Shown one piece after another: positions 50,701 through 61,195 of a stretch of 64,000 bases of DNA. Position 1 is the stretch's first letter. Each line of letters opens with the position of its first letter. This DNA comes from Monocercomonoides exilis PA203 (lineage: Eukaryota > Protista > Preaxostyla), in contig LSRY02000019.1 of the NCBI GenBank assembly GCA_001643675.2, positions 682,001 through 746,000 on the forward strand. The letters are read 5' to 3'. The notes below the pieces were generated by a model. The model made no database searches and was not told where the DNA came from. It saw only the letters and a list, made by a program, of their open reading frames with translations. Both the position numbers and the translations under genes were made by a program.

Positions 50701-53700
50701 GCTCATTGTACGATGAAGACAGCATCGGCACAAACAAACTAGGATTTTCAGTTGTCAGAATGCGACGATGTGAACGGGTTGGTGAAGTGCGTGCTCCATC
50801 AGACGAAGCTGGGCGCACTTTAAAGTCTGAATGTGATTGCGTCTGATGTGGCCTGTCTGTTTCTATTGCAGGATAGCAAAACTGCTGAGCATCAGACACG
50901 TTTTCAGATTCCTGCTCTTTCGTGTTTGGAATGGCAGAGTTTGCATAAATTTGTCCTTTCCTCTCATTTGCGTGGTGATTCATGTGCTCATTGTTGCTGT
51001 TGCTGCTGTTGACTTTTACATTTGTGTTTGTTTGTTTTGTGTCTGTTGTGCGCAGCGGAGATTGGCAGTTGACTGTTGATGCTCTGTTCACAAAAGACAC
51101 ATATGATGCTGGAAAAACTGATCTGCGGTTGGAATACCGTTCATTGCGACTCGGAGCCATCAAATGAATCCTTTCGTGTTGAGTGTAATAGTCTTGATAG
51201 TATCTTGAATGCCCTCTTTGCGCTCTCTCGTGCTTAGATGCTCTTGAATGGTGTTGATGATGAGCCAAATTGCGATGGTTGCCATTGTGATACGCAATGC
51301 CCTCACCTCGCAAATCTGATTCATTGCTCGATGACTCAGTTACAGAATAAGTTCTGTAGTTCGACTGAGGCGATGCAATCCCTTCTGAAATGTCGAATGA
51401 GTGCAGAGCACGTATTGTGTCACATGCATGTGACATCTGCTCAGAAGGGGCGATTGACACAGACGGTGTGAGGAAGGGTGTTTGCCTTTCATCGCAGACA
51501 ACTGCCCCTGTTGTTCCTAAAGTGCTTTGTGGGAGTATCCCTTCGCTGTCAGATAGCTGAGACACCTGCGATGCAGTGAAAGTTGAGCTAGGCCTTTGAG
51601 GATGAATCTGTTGATTTGCTAATTCGCTATTTGCAATGAAATGCTGATCATTTTGTGGAACAACATTTGCATATTTGTTATCAGAACGAACAAAATTGAT
51701 GTGCTGGAAAAGGTGACGAGGAGAACTTGGATGTGTGGTGCTTCTGCGTAATGAATTTGGTGTAGTTGTGAAATATTCATCACGAAAATGTGATTTGCCA
51801 GAGGCAGCAGCCTTTTGTGATCGAAGCATACGAATCATATCCTGCTCCTGTAAGATGTTTTGTTCTGACATTGCCAGATGTGGCATCCTTCCAGAATGAG
51901 CTTCTGGGTCAATGTGATTATCATAGGCAACCCAGTAATTCGTTTGTGGCTGCAGATAGCCAGGTGTTAAGCTTTGCCAAGAAATGGATTCGGGGGATGA
52001 AAAACCAGATTGCTGTGAGTTCCAGTCATCGGGGACATATGGAACAGATGTGATCAGATCATCGCCAAGAACCTGTGAATGATTCAGCATGATAGACGGG
52101 TGACGCTCGCGATAATAGCTGCGGTGGTGCTTACCACTCGAAAAGAAGGAACCAGTCATATTTGATTCATATTCTGATTGATGTGTTATTCTGTGCCATT
52201 GTGAATCATGTGCCTTTTTCTGTCTTTTCATCCGCTGGTCGCTCCGCAGCTGCCTAATCAGGAGCATCTCCATCATCATTTGCAGAGACTCAACACGCTT
52301 TCTCAAGCTATTTTTCGAGGATTCGCTGGACAAATCAGAGGAATTTACAGAAACCTCAGTTTTGGCTTTCTTCTCACCAAGTGTCATTTCATCGGTCAAA
52401 GCTGGCATTCTGCCATTCACTTGAGATCTGTCTTTTGCTTGTTTGATTTTGTTGTGCTTTGCTCTTTTCTGTTTTTCCTTCCGCTTTGCCTGCTCTTTCA
52501 GACGCTCTTCAACAAGATACTCCATCAAATACGTCAACCGCTGCTGAAGCTCATCATCTTTAGAATAATCTCTTTCACTGCCTGAAATTGAAGAGCTGTA
52601 TGATCCACCACGATAATATGTCATTGGCCTTGTTCGTCTACCATGTCTATGCGTTTTGGCCGAATTACTTGAAGATAGCGATGTTCTTGTTGCAAAGCTG
52701 GCTGTTACTGAAGGCGAACGATCATACGATGTTGAGTACTGGCTTCCCCACGACGAGGTATCTGAATCATTGCACACACTTGAGGATTCAATTGTGGACG
52801 AAAGATCAACCAGCTCCCACTCTCTTCGATGGACAGACGACGCAAACGAGTCAGAACCTCCGATTGCGTTGTCTGTGCGAGCAGGAAACGCACTTTTGTC
52901 TGATTCTGCGCTGCTTTGTGAAGAAGAGTCGTTTCTGTAGCCATCAAATACTTCATCACAAATCACTTTTTGCTCTGCTTTTGGTGCTTCTGCAACTCTT
53001 TTGCTTCTTTTGTGTTTATTTCCGTTTCTCCGGCCTTCGTGGAACATGCGCTCATTTTGGATGGGATCAGTTGCTGTTTCCTCGCTCGATTCAGATGAGT
53101 CACCTGCCTCTCTGGTGGCAAACACTGGTCTTCCATCAAAGTTTGCTGTGTTCATTGCAACACGCATATCCTTCACAGTTGCCACTTCTCTCCTCATTGA
53201 GTGCATCTTCTTCCTCTGTGGTTGCACAACAGAAGGAATCGCCATGTGCTGTGAAGGGTGTTGTCTTATGTGTGATAAGTTTGATGAGTTCAGAATGACT
53301 GGTGGCTCAGATGTTCTATCTGATGATGATGATGAAGCAGCTCCTGATGCTTGCTGAGCTTTTGAATGAGAAAATGGAACAGTCCGCGATAGCAGTGAAT
53401 ATGATGAAGCAACAGCATAAGGATGCTGATTTTGAGCCTTTGACACCTCCGCAGGCATCTGAGTTGCTCGAGAATTGGATACCAGCAACGACGAAGAAGG
53501 CATCTTGCGTTTGTCCCTCGGAGTTTTGAATGCATCGCTTTTGTGGCCGAATGAAGGGAAAAGAGATGAGTCGTGAACAGTGTGCCGATGACTGTGGCGA
53601 GGTTGAGACTGAATTGCACTGAAAGCAAATGAAGAAGAAGAAGAAGATGACGACGACGATGATGAAGAAGAAGATGAAGTTGGAAAATGATTGAATGTCT

Positions 53701-56700
53701 GATGCGAATGAACATCTGACTGTGTGCTCTGCTCAGCAGGTGTGACAATCGTGGCTGCTTCTGATTTGATCAGTGGAGGCGACTGCGGCAGATGCATACT
53801 GGGTGACTGATGGCTTCCTTCTTCTTTCTCAGAGGCTGCGTCAGAAGATGGGCAGGAAACAGACTGAAGAGCCAAAAGCACAGCAGGGTTGGTTTTGTTG
53901 CCTTGGAACTCTTCGCTGCTGTTAGTATCTGTAAATGGCTTGTTTGCTGACTGCTTTTGGGAGAAGCGGAAATCGGCGAGCGTGGCGGGAGAGGAAAGAA
54001 GTATCAGAGGTCGAAAGTCATGCGCAGAAGAAGAAGAGGAGGAGGAAGCCGAAGCAATCTGCGCGAAAGAAGGGAAAGTGGAGGAGGACTGAGACGATGA
54101 AGCTGAAGGGGGAAGCGTGGACGAAGATGCATCCTGTGGAATCATACCAAACATATTTACAGAGCCATTGCTGTCTTTGGATGTGAAAGGTGTGTCAGCA
54201 ACATTCGAACTCAGCTGAAGCGGAGGCTCACTCAAAAACGATGATGAATGTTTGCGTTGGAAGCAGCACGATCCATCGCTTTTCTTTTCACTGGCATCGA
54301 ATTCGGCATTTTCATTTTCTTGATTTTCGTTCGCTGGCGTTTCTGCAGTGTGCAGTTTTGCCTTCTTCCGCATCGTATCTGAGTTCGTGTCAGTCATGGC
54401 AGTGCATGGCAGATGCGAGTACTCCAAACAGTTGTTGTTGGCCTTTGTCTCACTCAGCGACGTTGGAGACTCTGCTGCTTCTTCACTGAGAAGCAAATGC
54501 GCCCCGCTCAGCTGTCTTCCAGGGGGTGATAGAGGAGGCGGCAGCACAATCGACAGCGACGAGGCAGGCTGGTTGTAGCGGCTGCCGGGCGAGTAAGGTG
54601 CTGTCGATATGCGCTCCATCGTGTGGATGCTCGCCGAGCGCTGCCGTGTCGTTGCAGACATCACTCCGTATGCTCCGTTCAGTTCAGAATCGAAGTGCTC
54701 GTTGGTTCCAGTCCAACTGCAGCTGTCCGACCCACTCGTGTTCTGTTTGCTTTCAGAAGACAGATAGCTTTGCTTTTCTGTGGCTTGCTGTGACTTTGTT
54801 TGATCAGCGTTGCTGGCATCTTTTTCTTCTGTTGCGTTGCCTTCTTTTGTGACTTGATTATCAGACGGAGGAGCAAAACCAAACCAATTTGTAGCATTCT
54901 TCATATTCTCTTCATTCTTCTCCTCGCTTTCATTTTCATTCGATTGTTCATCGCTCTCTTCATCGCTTCCATCCGAAATGCCATCTGAAAATGTCAGCTC
55001 AGATCCAGTACTTGCAATATCCTCCTCGCTTGTGGAAGAGTTATCAGAGTGAATGCTTTGTTTGTCTTCTGCTTCTCTGGCTTTCGATTCAACAGGCAGC
55101 TTCTCGCCTTCCTCGTTCTCTTCAACAGCAGCAAGTGTCGTCATCAGTTCGATCTGAGAGGACTTCTTTGCATTTGCTGTGCTGCCTTGCAACTGCCGAT
55201 GTTCAGCATCAATTGGAGGAAGAGTGCTGAAAAGCGACAAAGTGATTTTCTCGTCTTGTGACGTTGGAATGCTAAGGTCTGCGCTTCTGGTTTCTTCTTC
55301 TGCGCTTTTGTTTGTGCTCTCTTTGGCTGGCAAGCTGTCTTTTGATTGTAGCAGCAGAAGATATTCGTCACTCTCCAGTATATTTGACAGGCTAGTCTTT
55401 GCAGTCAATGTCCGTGTTTCAATGTCGCCTTCATTCTGCAGCGACGACTGGGCCTTTTCAGGATCATCCAGTTCTGGCAGTGCGTTCTCTATGGATTGCC
55501 TTGTGTCTGCAGTTGAATGGTTATCATCTTCTACCAATTTGGGAATTATCAACTGTTTGTCTGTTTGCTCTGCTTCTGTCGCTTTCAAGGAGTTTGCAAG
55601 AGCTTCTGTTGATTGCGCACCAACTGGGATAATCCGAACTTCAGTTTCAGCAGAAGAAAACGAAGAGAATCTTCGAATGTCAAATGACTCTGCAGACACT
55701 GTTGTGGAGCTTGAAGCATCGACAAGTGCAACTGCGTCAAATGAAGCAGCGGATGACCCAGAGCTAGCAGTTGGCTTGTTTGGATTTTGATCAAATTGCA
55801 TTTCATTCTCATTGTTCAGCTTTGGTGGATTCATATTTGTTTCATCTTTCAGCTCCTTCATTTGCGCCTGTTGTTGCACATCTGAACTGAGATCACTTGT
55901 GAGTTGTACCTTTCTTTCAGATTCATTTGAAGCCTGTGCAACTAAGACTTCTTCTTCACTTTCTCCCGTTTCTCTTCCTCCACTTCCATCAGGTGAAATA
56001 TGATCACATGTAGTGACCGCACTTTCATCTGAGCTTGACACATTGGATGTCAAGTTAATTGGCTCAGACGCAGAAACAGCCAAAGACGAGCTTCCGTGAT
56101 GAATGTGCGAGGAAGACGAGATGTCTGCAGAATGAGCAACTGTTAGAAAGCCAATTGTCTTCGAGTTTGGAAACAATCTAACATCATGTGCTGCACTGTG
56201 AGAGACATCATTAGCACTTTCTGTATTTATTGCCTGGATGTTACTCTGCTGGATTGCTTGCTGTAAAGCTCCGCCTTTTCCATCTGTCGAAGTGCTGAAC
56301 ATGGGATCAGCACTTGATGCAACATATGAATGCACATGGGTCGGTGAATGGTACATCTGATGATGGTGGCGGTGGTGCCTTGGTGGGAGCAAGTGCCGTG
56401 AATGAGAGATTGTGTGTGGAGGGCGCACCTCAGCCGACATCGGTGGCTGTGGAGGCCTGGAGAAGTGAGGCAGAATAAGGTGGGAGTGAGAGACGTGATG
56501 TGAGGCGGTGCGGTTAAGTGTGTATGGAAGTGGATAAATGTAGATGTGCTTGTTATTGATGTTGTTGTTGCCACTGCTGCCGTGACTGTGATTGTGGCTG
56601 TGGCTGTTGCGATGGTGTGCAGATGAAGTGTGGAGCAGAATGTCAGAAGAGTCAGGGAGATAAGACGGAGAGTGATATGAATAGCTGAAAGTGGGCGAGT

Positions 56701-58978
56701 GATGTGTTCTGTGCCTCCGATGCCTGTGCTGACGAACTGTGTGTGCAAACTGCTCTTTCAAAAGCGCCTTGCCCGCATCGTCCATCGTGATAGCATGTGG
56801 AGATATGTGTGACATCCTCAGCCTCCGCACAGGTGTGAGGAAGTTCCTGTGCCGCACATCAGCCACAGTCAAGTGCTTTGTGTGGCTTGTTCTATGTGCT
56901 TTTCTGTGTTGCGTACCGTTCTTGCTGTTAGGTGCTGTGTTGAGCTCTTCTACAGCGCGTGTCTCGGCTGCTTCTCTTTCGAGGAATCTGTTTTGAGGGC
57001 GTTGCGGTGACTGAAGAGATGGCGATGAGACAGAAAGAGCGAAGGATTTGACAGAACGAGGAGAGGTCAGCTCATCCTTCTGTGTTCGTATCAGACCATC
57101 AGCTTGGCTTGCTGCCATCCGCGTAGCACCAAGAGAGTTAAAAGGCTGAGGATTGGCCTGCTCTTCTTTTGTTGGCACGTTGAGTGGCTCATCCATCGGA
57201 AATGCAGCTGTTGACATCCGACGCGCAAGCAGATTAGACGGCTCTTGTGTTGCTTCATTCATGTTCTGCTCGGACAATTGGGGAGGCTGCTCGAGTTTGG
57301 AGGATGGCTTTGAGAAGGCCATGCCAACTGGAGGAGAGGCAAGGATCATTGAAAGAGTCGGATGCGATGAGGTTGCTCGTGAGTTGATGGGAAGTGTTTG
57401 CACCGTGAGCGCAGGTGAGGCGTTAGCAGAAAACTCAACTGGAGAAGAAAAGATGGAAGCGGCAGTTGAGGTTGAAAGAGAAGAAGAAGAAGAAGTCGTT
57501 GATGAAGATGAAGACGACAATGATGAAAGTTGTGTGTTATAAAATGAAGGTTGTGCATTCTGAGCAGTAATGTCTGCTCTAACTTTATTTTCGAGATTTA
57601 ATTGCTTTTCTATGTTTCCATTTGAACTGTCACCGTCTCTATTCTGAGTTGGACTAGCAACAGACTTCCCATCCGCTAAATGATTGAGAGCTGATTTGAG
57701 AGCAAGTTTCTGCTCTTCTATCTTTGAATTGTATGATTGCATTTCCTCGCCATCTGTCACAGAATGAATAGCATCTTCGTGTTTGCTGGTGTGTGAAATG
57801 TTGTCTGAATAGAAATACGAGTGTGAGTGACTTGAATGCGGAAGGTGGCGTGCTGCTTCGAGATGGAATGGAACAATCGAGGCAGAAATTGTATTGCCTA
57901 ACTTTTGAGACAGATGCGACACAGGCGAAGATGAATGATGAGATCTGTGTGCTTTCGACTGAGAGGAATATTCGACCAGCGATGAAGACGGGTGGGACGT
58001 GAAATAGTTCATATTTATTGGCATTTCGTGATGATGTGCTACTTCGAAGTCTGATGAAGAAGGCGAGTGTAATCGCTTTGCTGCAAATACTGTCTGAACT
58101 TCATCCATATTTGCATTCTGACTAGGCTGTCTCCATTCAACATATCTCCCCCGATGATGGCGATGATACGGAGATGAGCGTGATGTTGATGAAGAAATGG
58201 ATCTTTGCTTTTTGTGTTTATGAATTTCATGAGAAGTTTGATAACGCTTTTGTTTAAATGGGGTGGCGTTAAGGCGCGAATGATGGCGAGCTCGATGACT
58301 CCTTCGTTCATGATGTCCGAAGCGAGCGTGCTGTCCGATCAAAATAGTGTGCGGAGCTCTAACTCGTTTGTAGGTTTCATTTCCGCTCAGTTTTCTTTCA
58401 ATTAATTGATTTACTTGCTCATGCTTAGATATGTTGGAAATTCCAAGCAATTTTTGAGATGTTCTTTGCGGTGAAGAAGATGAATGACGCAACAAAACAT
58501 GGTTGTAATGTCTTTCAACTGGTTCAAAGCTGTTTAAAGACTGTGAACGAGAAGAATGATGAGATCCAAGAAATGCTTTACTTTGAGAATACATGCTTGC
58601 ATGCGAGGAAGCTTGCGAAGATGAGAGAATTTCTTCCTCGTTAGAGATATTTTGTTGGTGATGCTTTGAATGGGTTGAAAGTTGATGAAGCTGAAGCAAA
58701 ACAGGATGATGCTTATTTTGCTTTCCATTTCTATGTTGAGCGTGATGGTGATGCGCAGCATATGCATCAATATCGGAAATATCTGAAATATGGAAATTTG
58801 CCAATCGCTGTCCATGAACAACGGAATGAGCATAACGATTTGGCTCTTGTTTTTGTTCTTTCTGATCAGGAAATAGTAGCTCCTTCATGTGTCTTGATGC
58901 ATCTGGAGAAGCAGAATGAGCAATAGAAGGAGGTTTGTGATGCGTATGAGACGCATCAATTTCTTGATGATTTGACAT
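47795..58978 (-). CDS. Giant apparently intronless His/Ser-rich intrinsically disordered protein (~3700 aa)
   Basis: Uninterrupted 11.2-kb ORF; His clusters, poly-Ser, acidic and basic patches; no folded domain recognised. Confidence 0.75.
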   Translation of the reverse strand: MSNHQEIDASHTHHKPPSIAHSASPDASRHMKELLFPDQKEQKQEPNRYAHSVVHGQRLANFHISDISDIDAYAAHHHHAQHRNGKQNKHHPVLLQLHQLSTHSKHHQQNISNEEEILSSSQASSHASMYSQSKAFLGSHHSSRSQSLNSFEPVERHYNHVLLRHSSSSPQRTSQKLLGISNISKHEQVNQLIERKLSGNETYKRVRAPHTILIGQHARFGHHERRSHRARHHSRLNATPFKQKRYQTSHEIHKHKKQRSISSSTSRSSPYHRHHRGRYVEWRQPSQNANMDEVQTVFAAKRLHSPSSSDFEVAHHHEMPINMNYFTSHPSSSLVEYSSQSKAHRSHHSSSPVSHLSQKLGNTISASIVPFHLEAARHLPHSSHSHSYFYSDNISHTSKHEDAIHSVTDGEEMQSYNSKIEEQKLALKSALNHLADGKSVASPTQNRDGDSSNGNIEKQLNLENKVRADITAQNAQPSFYNTQLSSLSSSSSSTTSSSSSLSTSTAASIFSSPVEFSANASPALTVQTLPINSRATSSHPTLSMILASPPVGMAFSKPSSKLEQPPQLSEQNMNEATQEPSNLLARRMSTAAFPMDEPLNVPTKEEQANPQPFNSLGATRMAASQADGLIRTQKDELTSPRSVKSFALSVSSPSLQSPQRPQNRFLEREAAETRAVEELNTAPNSKNGTQHRKAHRTSHTKHLTVADVRHRNFLTPVRRLRMSHISPHAITMDDAGKALLKEQFAHTVRQHRHRRHRTHHSPTFSYSYHSPSYLPDSSDILLHTSSAHHRNSHSHNHSHGSSGNNNINNKHIYIYPLPYTLNRTASHHVSHSHLILPHFSRPPQPPMSAEVRPPHTISHSRHLLPPRHHRHHHQMYHSPTHVHSYVASSADPMFSTSTDGKGGALQQAIQQSNIQAINTESANDVSHSAAHDVRLFPNSKTIGFLTVAHSADISSSSHIHHGSSSLAVSASEPINLTSNVSSSDESAVTTCDHISPDGSGGRETGESEEEVLVAQASNESERKVQLTSDLSSDVQQQAQMKELKDETNMNPPKLNNENEMQFDQNPNKPTASSGSSAASFDAVALVDASSSTTVSAESFDIRRFSSFSSAETEVRIIPVGAQSTEALANSLKATEAEQTDKQLIIPKLVEDDNHSTADTRQSIENALPELDDPEKAQSSLQNEGDIETRTLTAKTSLSNILESDEYLLLLQSKDSLPAKESTNKSAEEETRSADLSIPTSQDEKITLSLFSTLPPIDAEHRQLQGSTANAKKSSQIELMTTLAAVEENEEGEKLPVESKAREAEDKQSIHSDNSSTSEEDIASTGSELTFSDGISDGSDEESDEQSNENESEEKNEENMKNATNWFGFAPPSDNQVTKEGNATEEKDASNADQTKSQQATEKQSYLSSESKQNTSGSDSCSWTGTNEHFDSELNGAYGVMSATTRQRSASIHTMERISTAPYSPGSRYNQPASSLSIVLPPPLSPPGRQLSGAHLLLSEEAAESPTSLSETKANNNCLEYSHLPCTAMTDTNSDTMRKKAKLHTAETPANENQENENAEFDASEKKSDGSCCFQRKHSSSFLSEPPLQLSSNVADTPFTSKDSNGSVNMFGMIPQDASSSTLPPSASSSQSSSTFPSFAQIASASSSSSSSAHDFRPLILLSSPATLADFRFSQKQSANKPFTDTNSSEEFQGNKTNPAVLLALQSVSCPSSDAASEKEEGSHQSPSMHLPQSPPLIKSEAATIVTPAEQSTQSDVHSHQTFNHFPTSSSSSSSSSSSSSSSSFAFSAIQSQPRHSHRHTVHDSSLFPSFGHKSDAFKTPRDKRKMPSSSLLVSNSRATQMPAEVSKAQNQHPYAVASSYSLLSRTVPFSHSKAQQASGAASSSSSDRTSEPPVILNSSNLSHIRQHPSQHMAIPSVVQPQRKKMHSMRREVATVKDMRVAMNTANFDGRPVFATREAGDSSESSEETATDPIQNERMFHEGRRNGNKHKRSKRVAEAPKAEQKVICDEVFDGYRNDSSSQSSAESDKSAFPARTDNAIGGSDSFASSVHRREWELVDLSSTIESSSVCNDSDTSSWGSQYSTSYDRSPSVTASFATRTSLSSSNSAKTHRHGRRTRPMTYYRGGSYSSSISGSERDYSKDDELQQRLTYLMEYLVEERLKEQAKRKEKQKRAKHNKIKQAKDRSQVNGRMPALTDEMTLGEKKAKTEVSVNSSDLSSESSKNSLRKRVESLQMMMEMLLIRQLRSDQRMKRQKKAHDSQWHRITHQSEYESNMTGSFFSSGKHHRSYYRERHPSIMLNHSQVLGDDLITSVPYVPDDWNSQQSGFSSPESISWQSLTPGYLQPQTNYWVAYDNHIDPEAHSGRMPHLAMSEQNILQEQDMIRMLRSQKAAASGKSHFRDEYFTTTPNSLRRSTTHPSSPRHLFQHINFVRSDNKYANVVPQNDQHFIANSELANQQIHPQRPSSTFTASQVSQLSDSEGILPQSTLGTTGAVVCDERQTPFLTPSVSIAPSEQMSHACDTIRALHSFDISEGIASPQSNYRTYSVTESSSNESDLRGEGIAYHNGNHRNLAHHQHHSRASKHERAQRGHSRYYQDYYTQHERIHLMAPSRNERYSNRRSVFPASYVSFVNRASTVNCQSPLRTTDTKQTNTNVKVNSSNSNNEHMNHHANERKGQIYANSAIPNTKEQESENVSDAQQFCYPAIETDRPHQTQSHSDFKVRPASSDGARTSPTRSHRRILTTENPSLFVPMLSSSYNERSERQNGVATVTATLPAEIPSTRTSVVTATTSKGFIGTSAADAATTSTNISSDTRFAPGEHKLAASVYRHADDAQSFSHLEKTKTQQMTPRARTVYKFQPYSAYSGHSSLLATSSSSSPPLPKSSPKSAFQLHRSFPFSSIFPSSSSSSISSPLSSPYIDASSSTLPSSTSFTTSSAANSTLLSTPLSHVNAGHTTTAPANENERVHSFYQADVNTAIPILFSPQLQLPLTNRKQEHNIAPKDNNEKATKVTSTPIATIKPRSQMKSQRILLTDGQTVSKHSRLRRDRSLGVSEGFFALRHCEDSLNALHSKQSAATVDEPPTGRDLSKQQFTALHSPNRFIQADPTSTASADPSASSTNPASSSSSSSASASSSSSSSSGTTTAAIIQRSSFTPPNPTTVDAKSHQSSSQSYELVLRYPPSVPVFLESSLSSPTALSPSPPITAAVASHIQTIQEDVGPITDVNPPNCTPSASPSVTPVCTSHSADDENVESLLTHSEVILTKDSQQASPTDDHLMLPLVPHRYYQHSHAHRNGHATTHVQYIPYSHAVLSQHRRLGVFGRLWKRRNRYLRNRGYGWKWKKYSKTSRDDGAETERGGTWERDDFEQLGESDVLSQIPYLFSSSSRSIGIGESEPFSSPHSFTMESNSLFAQTGISSAEHSAKHSSESENVPKDSSAQMFKKPSLDSAIALHLKESTVESDSNAQQNANFISFVHSLNESLKQEKDDSSNQSAPAKSDETEFSVEAPERKMYLDRKNIGVRIRNLMMFNRHETRGKESLSASLSLSAFEGDDFLSDSKNTADYDGVALLLGRKQQPQLNVQGTPLSGTPSFSSSADQTHNSMFSVQPFRALTLAQLSDLSGCFSDDELVATNKKRNKLKDSFRKMKKTRMKRIPIAKNKHVVEKQENEVEIKNSDPTSKKIEKGEEVVEDASASKQHIGEAMKVEEKSGVESQANEQSQNENELQKDV

Positions 58979-59324
58979 CAAAGAAAATGTGAAAAAAACT
59001 GATCTTCAAAAATGGAAAGTGGTAAGATCGAAAGTTTTCCAATGATTTTTTTGTTGATATTTAATAATTCAAAAGTAATATTATCAATATTATCAAAACT
59101 TGTTCCCAACGAAAAGCGAATTAAAAAAAAAATCAGTTCAAAGGAGATCAAGATGAACAAACCGCATTTGATATGCATCAAAAATCTTGATAACAAAAAA
59201 ATTTTCACTCAATCCAACAAAAATATGTATTTGTAATGAAGCAAAGTCGTTTCAAAAATAGCATTAAATCGATGAAAAACATAAATAATTTTTTTTTCAT
59301 TTACAAAAACAAATGCAATTCTCA

Positions 59325-60846
59325 TCATGAACCAAATATAAAGTTAATTGCACTTTCAACATTTTTATCGCAGGCAAAGTATGCTTGAATGGCAACCTGA
59401 TCAGAAGCACCAGTGACAAGCATGATATGTTGTATATCTTCATGTTCCTCTTGTGTAACATCCACAACAACTTCATTACCTGCTTGCTCGATGTGTTCTC
59501 CTTCCTGCCCAAACAACCCAATGGTGTGCTGCCATCTTTGCCTGCGCCGCCTTCTTCTGTTGCTCTTCTCCCTCAAAATGTCCAGAAACTCCGTCGGGTC
59601 GCTCAAAACAGCCTTCGCAAATTCTGGTTGCTGCTGACGCATTTCATTCAAAATGACTGAAACCGAATCAGGAAACTCGCAAAAGACGTGGCGAATATCA
59701 GCAATTTGGGGATGGTCGCGAAACTGAGCAAGCATTTCCGCGAGAGATTGTTTACTACTTTCATCCTCTCTCTCACTTTCAGCTGCACTTCCTCCGGCTT
59801 CTTTTTCTGCTTCTCCTCCTTCATTAGTTGAACTTGAGTCATTATGAAAAATACTGTCTGGGCTGTATGTGCTTATAATAGCTTCTTCGTTCAAGGTGGG
59901 AGGTAAGGCAAAGAACAATTGCTGCTCGTCTTCATATTCATCATCGCCTTCTTCGCTTTCTTCTTCCATGTCTTCATCATTTTCCTCTGCAAGTTTTTCA
60001 CTTTCTTTAACAATTGGATCAACTTCTGACAGTTGTCTTTCAATATCTTCTGGTATTCCATTCATCAAATATTCAATGGCTGTTGCAACTTCTCCAAAAG
60101 ACGCGCGCAACGCACGCTGCACTTCGCTATGCTCAAATCCCATTCCCACAAGCTCTTCAACTGGATTGTTTTCTTCTGGTAAGGGTTCTTTATCAGACAA
60201 TCGAGCATTTGAAGAATATGAAGGAGAAGAAGATGAAGAAGATGAAGGCTGTGATGACGATGATTCAAGTGTAGGCAATGCAGATGTATGTGAATGTTTG
60301 TTTAATTCTTGAGGTTGAAGTGGAGAGTTTATAACTTGATGAGAAGGTTCTTCCAACGTTGAATTACTTAAATTGTGAATTGATTGAGATGAAGTGAAGC
60401 GTTGATTAAAAGAGTCAAAAGAAGAGTCTTCACCATGAAGATCATGATCTCGTGTACTTATGCTCTCCTTTTGTTGGCTCATTATCTCTTTCTTATTTAA
60501 ATCTTCACTGCAAATCGGTTGTTGAGAACTTGCTTTTTCTTCTTTCTGTTTTGATTTTCGGGTAAGATATATGAGCTTTGTTCCTTCATTCTTCGTAGCA
60601 ACATAAAGCATAAAAATAAAATAAAATAAAATTAATCCCAATGCAAGCAAAAATATCTCACACAATCGAATATTCCTCAACACTCTTTGAATCACAAAGT
60701 TGCTTTCCATTTAAAAATAGCTTTAAATCTTCTGGTTGCAAGTTAAGCATTTTTGATAGTTTTTTCTTGACTTCGAAAATAGAATCATTTTCAGATATTT
60801 CCAAAGGAAGTGTTTGCGATAAAAGAGAACTCAAAGTTATGAGCAT
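59325..60846 (-). CDS. RAD23: UV excision repair / ubiquitin receptor RAD23-like protein
   Basis: N-terminal ubiquitin-like exon ('SIFEVKKKLS...LKLFLNGKQL.D.KSVEEYSI'), UBA1 'LVGMGFEHSEVQRALRASF....AIEYLMNGIP', XPC-binding/STI1-like 'FRDHPQ...P.....IL......P', and UBA2 'AIQAYFACDKNVESAINFIF'. Confidence 0.9.
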
Positions 60847-61195
60847 TTTTTAAAATCAAGTTCCTTGGTATCTTTTTAGAAATAAATCAAAAATTTTGAT
60901 TGCGATTTTCTTTAAAACTCTGTCCTTAAAAAAAAAGAAGTAGAAATTTCAATAATAACGTATTCTGGGATATTCATGTTTGTTTTTTTTATAAACGCTA
61001 ACTTTATTATTGTTATTCATGATTTTTTCAAAATATGAATAAATATTAACAAATTTTGTTTTCAGTCAGATCAGTCAAAATATAAGGATAGATTTATTAT
61101 TTTTCTTTTATTTTTCGTGAATTGTTGCCGACTTTCTCGGAGAGAAAAAATAATTATCTAAAAACGATTTATATTCATTACAGAAGATACTGCGA

